Below are positions 27,466-33,860 of a stretch of 64,000 nt of DNA, one piece after another; the stretch's first letter is position 1; the number at the start of each line of letters is the position of its first letter. Source of the DNA: a virus (taxonomy: Duplodnaviria > Caudoviricetes); IMG/VR virus record IMGVR_UViG_3300032334_001433, positions 138,666-202,665 of that record. One strand, written 5' to 3'. Made by a program: the position numbers and the translations under genes. Under the pieces are notes generated by a model. The model was given only the letters and a program-made list of their open reading frames with translations. It searched no databases and was not told where the DNA came from.

Positions 27466-27542
27466 GCCCTGGTGACGGAATTGGTATACGTACTGGTCTT
27501 AGAAACCAGGTTCTGGGAGTTCAAGTCTCCCCTAGGGCACCA
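27466..27542 (+). tRNA. trnL: tRNA-Leu(TAG), short variable loop
   Basis: CTGGT-CTTAGAA-ACCAG; A73 CCA. Confidence 0.88.
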
Positions 27543-27593
27543 AATACTCGCTTTGACTTATGGCGTATAATAGGCTAAGTAATAAGTCACCTT

Positions 27594-27669
27594 GGGGGAT
27601 TAGCTCATTTGGTAGAGCATCTGCTTTGCAAGCAGGGGGCGATCAGTTCGAATCTGATATTCTCCACCA
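27594..27669 (+). tRNA. trnA: tRNA-Ala(TGC)
   Basis: Anticodon TGC, G3:U70, CCA. Confidence 0.93.
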
Positions 27670-27679
27670 GAATTTTTTT

Positions 27680-27755
27680 GCCGGTTTAGCTCATTTGGTA
27701 GAGCAGGCGCCTTGTAAGCGTCAGGTGGTCAGTTCGAAACCGACAACCGGCACCA
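27680..27755 (+). tRNA. trnT: tRNA-Thr(TGT)
   Basis: GGCGC-CTTGTAA-GCGTC; CCA. Confidence 0.92.
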
Positions 27756-27761
27756 GTATTT

Positions 27762-27835
27762 GCGGGGTTCATTTAATGGTAGGATTTCAGCCTTCCAAGC
27801 TGATAGCGCGAGTTCGATTCTCGCACCCCGCTCCA
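27762..27835 (+). tRNA. trnG: tRNA-Gly(TCC)
   Basis: TCAGC-CTTCCAA-GCTGA; CCA. Confidence 0.93.
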
Positions 27836-27841
27836 ATTTTT

Positions 27842-27919
27842 CCGTGTGTAGCGCAGTCTGGTTAGCGCATCTGCTTTGGGAGCAGAGGGTCGGGAGTTCG
27901 AATCTCTCTACACGGACCA
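27842..27919 (+). tRNA. trnP: tRNA-Pro(TGG)
   Basis: TCTGC-TTTGGGA-GCAGA; CCA. Confidence 0.93.
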
Positions 27920-27925
27920 TTTTAT

Positions 27926-28000
27926 TCCTCGATAGCTCAGAGGTAGAGCAGCAGACTGTTAATCTGTTGGTCCGTGGTTCGACCCCACGTCGAGGAGCCA
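27926..28000 (+). tRNA. trnN: tRNA-Asn(GTT)
   Basis: GCAGA-CTGTTAA-TCTGT; CCA. Confidence 0.93.
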
Positions 28001-28006
28001 GTTTTA

Positions 28007-28093
28007 GGATGCGTGTGCCGAATGGTGAAGGCAGCTGACTGTAAATCAGTGACATAAGAAACGTTGGTGGTTCGAGTCCATCCGCATCCACCA
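28007..28093 (+). tRNA. trnY: tRNA-Tyr(GTA)
   Basis: GCTGA-CTGTAAA-TCAGT; long variable arm; CCA. Confidence 0.93.
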
Positions 28094-28097
28094 AAAC

Positions 28098-28172
28098 GCC
28101 TTGTTAGCTCAGCGGTAGAGCAGCGCCCTTACAAGGCGACGGTCGGCAGTTCAATCCTGTCACAAGGTACCA
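28098..28172 (+). tRNA. trnV: tRNA-Val(TAC)
   Basis: CGCC-CTTACAA-GGCG; CCA. Confidence 0.92.
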
Positions 28173-28193
28173 TTTTTATTTTAAGGAAATTTT

Positions 28194-28463
28194 ATGAACT
28201 ATATCCCATTGCAGAACAAAGTTCTGGTCATTGAGAATGAAAAGAAAAAAGTTACAGATAGCGGAATCTATTTAGGTGAAGCTAATGGAGACAGCAATAC
28301 TCGAGCAGGTACAGTTCTTGCTATTGGGCCGGATGTTAAAGAAGTAAAGGTTGGAGATATTGTTTATCCTATGTGGACAAAATCAAAAGTAGTTAAAGAC
28401 GGAGACTTGTATATTGGAATTATATCTGAAGAAGATATTCTTGCAGTTGTAGAAGCTGAATAA
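28194..28463 (+). CDS. groES: GroES-like co-chaperonin
   Basis: PLQNKVLV, T.SGIYL, GTVLAIGP, VKVGDIV. Confidence 0.9.
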   Translation: MNYIPLQNKVLVIENEKKKVTDSGIYLGEANGDSNTRAGTVLAIGPDVKEVKVGDIVYPMWTKSKVVKDGDLYIGIISEEDILAVVEAE

Positions 28464-28470
28464 GATTTTT

Positions 28471-28545
28471 CTGCCGATAGTTCAACGGATAGAACAGTAG
28501 CCTTCTAAGCTATTAATAGAGGTTCGATTCCTCTTCGGCGGACCA
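28471..28545 (+). tRNA. trnR: tRNA-Arg(TCT)
   Basis: GTAGC-CTTCTAA-GCTAT; CCA. Confidence 0.92.
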
Positions 28546-28552
28546 TTTTTGT

Positions 28553-28626
28553 TGGGGGTTAGTGTAGCGGTAACACTACAGACTTTGACTCTGTCATCAC
28601 TGGTTCGATCCCAGTACCCTCTGCCA
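28553..28626 (+). tRNA. trnQ: tRNA-Gln(TTG)
   Basis: ACAGA-CTTTGAC-TCTGT; CCA. Confidence 0.92.
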
Positions 28627-28680
28627 AATTTTTTAAAAAGGAGATCTGTCATGAATAGTGACAAGAGTGATAAGATATAC

Positions 28681-28756
28681 GGGACGTTAGCTCAGTTGGT
28701 AGAGCAGTAGACTTTTAATCTATTGGCCATTGGTTCGAATCCAATACGTCCTACCA
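28681..28756 (+). tRNA. trnK: tRNA-Lys(TTT)
   Basis: GTAGA-CTTTTAA-TCTAT; CCA. Confidence 0.93.
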
Positions 28757-28771
28757 TAAAACTTTTTAGGT

Positions 28772-28844
28772 GTGGCCTTAGTGTTAGCGGTTAGCACCTC
28801 GGATTGTGATTCCGATAGGATGGATTCGAATTCCATAGGCCACC
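28772..28844 (+). tRNA. trnH: tRNA-His(GTG), no encoded CCA or G-1
   Basis: TCGGA-TTGTGAT-TCCGA; C73; flanked by 13-bp inverted repeat. Confidence 0.85.
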
Positions 28845-28861
28845 CCTAAAAAGTTTTTATT

Positions 28862-28937
28862 GCCGCGGTAGCTCATCAGGTAGAGCAGCAGACTGAAAAT
28901 CTGTGTGTGGATGGTTCGAGTCCATCTCGTGGCACCA
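28862..28937 (+). tRNA. trnF: tRNA-Phe(GAA)
   Basis: GCAGA-CTGAAAA-TCTGT; CCA. Confidence 0.93.
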
Positions 28938-28951
28938 ATTTAGAAAAATAT

Positions 28952-29028
28952 GTCTCGGTAGCTCAATTAGGCAGAGCAGTGGCCTCCAAAGCCAAAGGTT
29001 GTAAGTTCGATTCTTACCCGGGATGCCA
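28952..29028 (+). tRNA. trnW: tRNA-Trp(CCA)
   Basis: TGGC-CTCCAAA-GCCA; G73 CCA. Confidence 0.9.
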
Positions 29029-29037
29029 AAGAATAAC

Positions 29038-29125
29038 GGAAGATTGGCAGAGTGGCCGATTGCATCAGTCTTGAAAACTGAAGGCTCGAAAGGGTCCGTG
29101 AGTTCGAATCTCACATCTTCCTCCA
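29038..29125 (+). tRNA. trnS: tRNA-Ser(TGA)
   Basis: TCAGT-CTTGAAA-ACTGA; long variable arm. Confidence 0.93.
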
Positions 29126-29130
29126 AATAA

Positions 29131-29220
29131 GGAGAGCGGGCAGGATGGTAATGCAGCAGATTGCTAATCTGTAGACTATAGTAATATGGTCACAGGGTTC
29201 GACTCCCTGGCTCTCCACCA
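29131..29220 (+). tRNA. trnS: tRNA-Ser(GCT)
   Basis: GCAGA-TTGCTAA-TCTGT; long variable arm. Confidence 0.92.
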
Positions 29221-29225
29221 ATTAA

Positions 29226-29260
29226 GGACAGATGCAAGCACTAGCTTGTTGAGTCCACCA
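29226..29260 (+). ncRNA. CCA-terminated minihelix (tRNA relic or mimic)
   Basis: GGAC/GTCC + CAAGC-ACTA-GCTTG + ACCA. Confidence 0.4.
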
Positions 29261-29265
29261 ATTTA

Positions 29266-29342
29266 CGGCCCTTAATTCAACTGGATAGAAAGCAAGTCTT
29301 CGAAACTTGAGGTTGGGAGTTCGAATCTCTCAGGGCCGGCCA
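29266..29342 (+). tRNA. trnR: tRNA-Arg(TCG)
   Basis: CAAGT-CTTCGAA-ACTTG; CCA. Confidence 0.9.
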
Positions 29343-29349
29343 TATATAT

Positions 29350-29425
29350 GGTAACGTAGCATAGTGGCTAATGCACCACCTTCATACGGTGTTTATCGTC
29401 GGTTCGAGTCCGACCGTTACTACCA
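29350..29425 (+). tRNA. trnM: tRNA-Met(CAT), elongator-like
   Basis: CACC-TTCATAC-GGTG; GGTAACG acceptor. Confidence 0.8.
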
Positions 29426-29431
29426 AATAAT

Positions 29432-29505
29432 GCGGGTATGATGTAATGGTAGCTTATGACCTTGCCAAGGTTAATGTGAGAGTTCGATTCTCTCTACCCG
29501 CTCCA
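29432..29505 (+). tRNA. trnG: tRNA-Gly(GCC)
   Basis: TGACC-TTGCCAA-GGTTA; weak D-stem; CCA. Confidence 0.88.
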
Positions 29506-29526
29506 TGTTTTTAAATGAGGTGAATT

Positions 29527-30009
29527 ATGAGAAAGATAAATATTGCTGAAGTAAAAGCTTTTATTGAAGCTCAAAGTCTAGAAACCAAAATTTACATTGG
29601 TGCGGATTCTGAAAGATATAAACGCGACGGTAAATGGTATGCAGATTATACTCTCGCAATTGTAGTTCACATCGATGGACGACATGGTTGTAAGATTTTT
29701 GGTGAAGTACAAACTGAGATTGACTATGATTCTAAGGCTCAAAGGCCTTCGATGCGTCTAATGACAGAAGTGCACAAAGTTGCAGATTTGTATCACTTGA
29801 TAGAAGATTGCATTGGAGAACGGGAAGTTGAAATCCATTTGGATATTAACCCTGATCTAAGGCATAACAGTTCTATAGTGATTCAACAAGCAGTTGGTTA
29901 TATCAAAGGTACTTGTAATGTTGTACCAATGGTTAAGCCAAACGCATTTGCGGCTTCTTATTGTGCAGACCGTTTGAAGGAAATTTTAGCATATCAACAA
30001 GCAGCATAA
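29527..30009 (+). CDS. RNase H-like YkuK-family protein
   Basis: KIYIGADSE, RLMTEV, EIHLDIN. Confidence 0.8.
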   Translation: MRKINIAEVKAFIEAQSLETKIYIGADSERYKRDGKWYADYTLAIVVHIDGRHGCKIFGEVQTEIDYDSKAQRPSMRLMTEVHKVADLYHLIEDCIGEREVEIHLDINPDLRHNSSIVIQQAVGYIKGTCNVVPMVKPNAFAASYCADRLKEILAYQQAA

Positions 30010-30020
30010 TTGGGGGCACT

Positions 30021-30620
30021 ATGAATATCAGCGAAGAAGACGCATGGCTTAATTGCGAATTAAATGATCTTTGGTTATTTGATAAATTAATTTTATCTCG
30101 CAAATTGGGATACGTCTGCGGACCTGCAGGTGTACCTGTTCCGAAACCTGGTAATTACATAGTGCGTCCGGTTACTAATATAATTGGTATGGGTAAAGGT
30201 GCTTCTTTTAAATACATCGAGCACGATACTACAGATTTGCCTGCAGGTTCTTTCTGGTGCGAAATATTTGAAGGTCGGCACATTAGTGTTGATTACATTT
30301 ATGGCGCGCCAGTACTTGCAGTTGAGGGATTTAGAAATCCCGGCGATCCTTTATGGAAATTCTCAAAGTGGCAGAAGTGTGCCGATACCCTTTATATGCC
30401 TATAGAACTTTCCGTACTACGTAAGTTTGATTATGCTAATATAGAGTTCATAGGTAAAAAAGTCATCGAAGTACATCTAAGAGGAAATCCAGATTTTGTC
30501 CATGGCAACGCTGTGGCAATTCCTGTTTGGAACGATGACGATGTTGACCAACCAGTATCCGACGAATTAAGATATATAGATGCCCCCGACTATATGAGGA
30601 AAGGCTTCTTAATAGATTAA
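30021..30620 (+). CDS. Conserved T4-like hypothetical protein (possible ATP-grasp-like)
   Basis: FDKLILSRKLGYVCGP.G..VP.PG.YIVRP..N..GMG. Confidence 0.6.
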   Translation: MNISEEDAWLNCELNDLWLFDKLILSRKLGYVCGPAGVPVPKPGNYIVRPVTNIIGMGKGASFKYIEHDTTDLPAGSFWCEIFEGRHISVDYIYGAPVLAVEGFRNPGDPLWKFSKWQKCADTLYMPIELSVLRKFDYANIEFIGKKVIEVHLRGNPDFVHGNAVAIPVWNDDDVDQPVSDELRYIDAPDYMRKGFLID

Positions 30621-30659
30621 ATATATTTTCAGTAGATGAAAAAATTTGTTGGTTTTTTG

Positions 30660-30667
30660 TATAAATA
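30660..30667 (+). promoter_or_regulatory. Late promoter TATAAATA
   Basis: Exact consensus. Confidence 0.65.
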
Positions 30668-30705
30668 AATGTATAATGTAAAATCTATTTTTCAGGTGCA
30701 AAATT

Positions 30706-31137
30706 ATGCTATATAAGCCGACAGAGTTGTCTGATCCAATATTGAATCTAATTAAGGACGATCCTGTCCGCCCTGAGATACCTGTAGAATTTAGAATCTC
30801 TGAAAACAGAGAAGTGCTTGTTTTATTAAAAGACAATAAACCTCAAGCAGTAGTATGCGTTGCATATATGGATGACATTCCAAGTTCATGCATTGAATTA
30901 CTAAAACCATCCTCAGAACCATCTACAGTAATCTTCTATACAATTTGGAGTTACATTCCTGGCGCTGGACGTGATTTGATTTTCAAAGCAAGAGACGAAA
31001 TAATCAGCACAAAACCACACATCAAACGATTTGTTACGTTGAGTCCAACGACAGAAATGGCTCGTAGATTCCACCTCAAGAACGGGGCAAAGGAATTTCG
31101 GAAGAATTTGGACACAATTAATTACGAATATGCTTGA
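30706..31137 (+). CDS. Hypothetical protein (possible GNAT-like fold)
   Basis: IKDDPVRP, FYTIWSY..GAGR, VTLSP..EMA.RFHL.NGA. Confidence 0.6.
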   Translation: MLYKPTELSDPILNLIKDDPVRPEIPVEFRISENREVLVLLKDNKPQAVVCVAYMDDIPSSCIELLKPSSEPSTVIFYTIWSYIPGAGRDLIFKARDEIISTKPHIKRFVTLSPTTEMARRFHLKNGAKEFRKNLDTINYEYA

Positions 31138-31162
31138 CAGATAGTCAAAAAGATGTTATAAT
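31134..31162 (+). promoter_or_regulatory. Sigma70 early promoter TTGACA-N17-TATAAT
   Basis: Perfect consensus with extended TG; palindromic -35 region. Confidence 0.85.
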
Positions 31163-31181
31163 ATGTTTTTAAGGTGATAGT

Positions 31182-31457
31182 ATGAACGAACAAACAATGG
31201 AAACACTTCGAATTCTACAAGAAGAATGCGCTGAAGTAATCCAAGCAATCAGTAAAGTATTTCGGTTTGGTCTAGAAGCGACACATCCAGATACGCCAAA
31301 TCAAACAAATCTTTATCGTCTACAGGAAGAACTTGGAGATCTATTGGCAATGATTGAATTGCTAGATAAACAAGGTGTAGTTGATAGTAATATTTTATTG
31401 CAGTGCAAATTAGACAAATTCATTAAGTTGAAAAAATGGTCTAATATTGACACTTAA
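31182..31457 (+). CDS. MazG-like nucleotide pyrophosphohydrolase
   Basis: LQEECAEVIQAISK..RFG, EELGDLLA. Confidence 0.8.
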   Translation: MNEQTMETLRILQEECAEVIQAISKVFRFGLEATHPDTPNQTNLYRLQEELGDLLAMIELLDKQGVVDSNILLQCKLDKFIKLKKWSNIDT

Positions 31458-31464
31458 ATTATTT

Positions 31465-31547
31465 GCCCGAGTGGTGGAATGGTAGACACAGGAGACTTAA
31501 AATCTCCCGCCTAGTGCGTGCTGGTTCGAGTCCGGTCTCGGGTACCA
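31465..31547 (+). tRNA. trnL: tRNA-Leu(TAA)
   Basis: GGAGA-CTTAAAA-TCTCC; long variable arm; CCA. Confidence 0.93.
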
Positions 31548-31568
31548 ATTTTTATTATAGGAGTTAGT

Positions 31569-32018
31569 ATGTCAGTTACAATTAAAAACTTAGAAAGTGC
31601 TTTGGCGGGCGAAAGCCAAGCACACGTTAAGTATCGGTATTTCGCAAAGATTGCCCGAGCAGAGGGATACGAAGAAATCGCCAAACACTTTGAGCATACA
31701 GCAGACCAAGAATTGCTACACGCTTGGGGTCACTTGGAATTGTTGATCGGTAAACCGTCAACTAAAGAATGTTTGGAAAAAGCCATTGAAGGCGAAACAT
31801 ACGAATTCACAGTGATGTATCCAGAGTTTAAGACTCAGGCAATACTTGAAGGTGCAACACCTGCTGTTTATATTGCAGAAGAACAGATTCAAGAATCTAA
31901 AGAACACGCTGAACAATTCAAAGAAGTATTAGCAAAAGCACAGAAACGATTTGCAGCATTGACTAACGTTGAGAAACGTCATGCCGCAGCATATCAACAA
32001 AAATTGGAGGCACTATAA
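31569..32018 (+). CDS. Rubrerythrin (di-iron domain only)
   Basis: NLESALAGESQA..KY.YFA.IA..EG, ELLH, GETYE, ESKEH. Confidence 0.9.
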   Translation: MSVTIKNLESALAGESQAHVKYRYFAKIARAEGYEEIAKHFEHTADQELLHAWGHLELLIGKPSTKECLEKAIEGETYEFTVMYPEFKTQAILEGATPAVYIAEEQIQESKEHAEQFKEVLAKAQKRFAALTNVEKRHAAAYQQKLEAL

Positions 32019-32152
32019 TGGAACACGTTTGTGTAGTGTGTGGCCATGTCCACGATGAAACTGTAGAAGGTAAATGGGAACAGCTTCCCGACGATCATGT
32101 CTGCCCTGAGTGCGGATGTGGTAAAGAAGACTACGAAAACGTAGCCAATTAA
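32018..32152 (+). CDS. Rubredoxin (44 aa)
   Basis: Hand-translated CVVCGH...LPDDHVCPECG; not in ORF track. Confidence 0.88.
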   Translation: MEHVCVVCGHVHDETVEGKWEQLPDDHVCPECGCGKEDYENVAN

Positions 32153-32158
32153 AATTTT

Positions 32159-32233
32159 GCCTAGGTAGCTTAATGGTAAAGCAGGCGACTCATAATCGCT
32201 TGAGTGGGAGTTCAATTCTCTCTCTAGGCACCA
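32159..32233 (+). tRNA. trnI: tRNA-Ile2(CAT, lysidine type)
   Basis: AGCAGGCGACTCATAATCGCTT matches recalled E. coli ileX anticodon arm. Confidence 0.8.
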
Positions 32234-32248
32234 ACAACAAAGGAAAAT

Positions 32249-32464
32249 ATGACAGCACGATATACGTCAGAAGAAGCAACCAATATGATTGGTAATAGAT
32301 ACAATTTAGTTCTTATTGCATCTATTCGAGCAAGAGAACTTAAACGTGGACATAAGCCAAAGATTATATCTGAAGATGGCGCAATTGTAACTGCTCTAAA
32401 TGAGATTGAGCAAGGTCATATTGGTATAGAATATTTACAAAAGGTCAAAAAGCCTGGTAAATAA
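32249..32464 (+). CDS. rpoZ: RNA polymerase omega subunit homologue
   Basis: NRYNLVLIAS.RAREL..G..P.I....IVTAL.EI..G.IG. Confidence 0.85.
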   Translation: MTARYTSEEATNMIGNRYNLVLIASIRARELKRGHKPKIISEDGAIVTALNEIEQGHIGIEYLQKVKKPGK

Positions 32465-32467
32465 TGC

Positions 32468-32496
32468 TTGACAGAAATTCATTTTTCTGTTATAAT
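32468..32496 (+). promoter_or_regulatory. Sigma70 early promoter TTGACA-N17-TATAAT
   Basis: Perfect consensus with extended TG. Confidence 0.88.
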
Positions 32497-32503
32497 AGCA
32501 AGA

Positions 32504-32550
32504 TACAGTAACGAATCAACCGCCGTTACTGTAAAATTTTTGAAGCGGTT
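32504..32550 (+). promoter_or_regulatory. H-type pseudoknot in 5' UTR
   Basis: S1 TACAGTAACG/CGTTACTGTA (10 bp); S2 AACCGC/GCGGTT (6 bp). Confidence 0.65.
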
Positions 32551-32572
32551 ATTTTGTTTAATGGAGATATAT

Positions 32573-32815
32573 ATGCTTAAATCGCGTATTTTGAATGTAC
32601 TTAAGTCTGGGCGTCAATTCACCCCAGCACAATTGGCTGGTTTGACACAAAGCAAAGAGGATAGCGTACGTCCTCGTATTAGCGAACTTCGCGCCGAAGG
32701 TTATGCTGTTTATACTAACACCACAAAGAACGGTAAGCAAGCATACCGTCTTGGCACACCTTCACGTGCAATGGTAGCAGCAGCTTACGCAGCACAAGGC
32801 AACGCAGCATTCTAA
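32573..32815 (+). CDS. Winged-helix DNA-binding protein
   Basis: SD GGAG; FTPAQLA...VRPRISELRAEGY.V..YRLG. Confidence 0.75.
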   Translation: MLKSRILNVLKSGRQFTPAQLAGLTQSKEDSVRPRISELRAEGYAVYTNTTKNGKQAYRLGTPSRAMVAAAYAAQGNAAF

Positions 32816-32899
32816 ATTAATTTAGAACGAACACTTCTGCCCGTTTTTTATAGACAAAGTGTTTCCGTAAGGCGTAAGCGGAATTTTTAGGATTATATT

Positions 32900-33193
32900 A
32901 TGGCTTTATATCTAGTTGAAACCGTTACAATGTTCCGTCACTATTACGTAGTTGACGCTAAAGAAGCTGACCACGCTGGCGACACAGTTGCTATGCAAGA
33001 AGCTGAAGAATTTGACCAACAATATCTTGGTGAAACGATTGTTTCTACACGAGAAATTACTAAGAAAGAATTTTTTCAGATGGCAGATACCGCTACCAAC
33101 GGTCATCTGGGCGAAAACAATATCTGCAAAGTAGATTATGCTTCGCAAGAACGTCCAAATTATTCTTCAAACGTAGAAGGCATTGGTATCTAA
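32900..33193 (+). CDS. Hypothetical protein
   Basis: ORF track. Confidence 0.65.
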   Translation: MALYLVETVTMFRHYYVVDAKEADHAGDTVAMQEAEEFDQQYLGETIVSTREITKKEFFQMADTATNGHLGENNICKVDYASQERPNYSSNVEGIGI

Positions 33194-33194
33194 T

Positions 33195-33761
33195 ATGGTA
33201 TACAATTTTGAAGATGCAGCGCTTCGCAAACAAGCAAAGCGTTTGCATCTAATCCGTCGCATTGATGCACGTCCATTGACTGCAGAAGAAACTGAGATGG
33301 TTAATTCCTTTGGTAAGTGGGATTATCAAAAGAAGAAAAAAGAATTAACCCCAGAGCAAAAAGAAAAGTTGCGAATTAAAACTCGCGCTGCAAATAGAGC
33401 AAAGAAAGCTTCCCCTGAAAAATTTGGTGTAACCGAATATACTGCTCTTAAGAATCGAGTTGCTGCTCATGAAAAGAAAGGTCGTAAGATGTTATTCAAT
33501 CTTACTCCCGAGTATATTCAAAGTAAATTCAACGCATGCGAAGGTAAATGTGCTATTACTAAAATTCCATTCAAGATGGAATTGGGAACAAAGGGAAACC
33601 GAAACCCTTTTCGACCTAGTGTAGATCGTATCAATTCAAAGAAAGGATACGTCAAAGGCAATATACAGATTATTCTAGCTGTTGTCAATACCATGAAAAT
33701 GGACTACACAGACGATGTTTTACACCCAGTAATAGAAGCCTGGTATAAAAATATCAAATAA
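33195..33761 (+). CDS. HNH/endonuclease VII-like nuclease-domain protein
   Basis: [26 protein letters not shown]....VN.MK. Confidence 0.7.
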   Translation: MVYNFEDAALRKQAKRLHLIRRIDARPLTAEETEMVNSFGKWDYQKKKKELTPEQKEKLRIKTRAANRAKKASPEKFGVTEYTALKNRVAAHEKKGRKMLFNLTPEYIQSKFNACEGKCAITKIPFKMELGTKGNRNPFRPSVDRINSKKGYVKGNIQIILAVVNTMKMDYTDDVLHPVIEAWYKNIK

Positions 33762-33767
33762 TCCTAC

Positions 33768-33794
33768 AAACCGGCGAGCAATTCGCCGGTTTTC
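33768..33794 (+). terminator. Intrinsic terminator
   Basis: AAACCGGCGA-GCAAT-TCGCCGGTTTT. Confidence 0.7.
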
Positions 33795-33819
33795 TACGTG
33801 TTTCGTAAATTTGATTTAA

Positions 33820-33827
33820 TATAAATA
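33820..33827 (+). promoter_or_regulatory. Late promoter TATAAATA
   Basis: Exact consensus at start of internal-protein cluster. Confidence 0.75.
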
Positions 33828-33860
33828 ATATTAGTATCAATTCATTTAAATGGAAGAAAC

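Noticed and set aside
27553-27571. TTGACT...TATAAT promoter-like pair
   Set aside because: Spacer is only 7 nt; lies in a spacer hairpin.
27560-29126. ORFs 27560-27865, 27729-28094, 27760-28038, 28482-28664 and 28857-29126
   Set aside because: They overlap tRNA genes; shadow ORFs.
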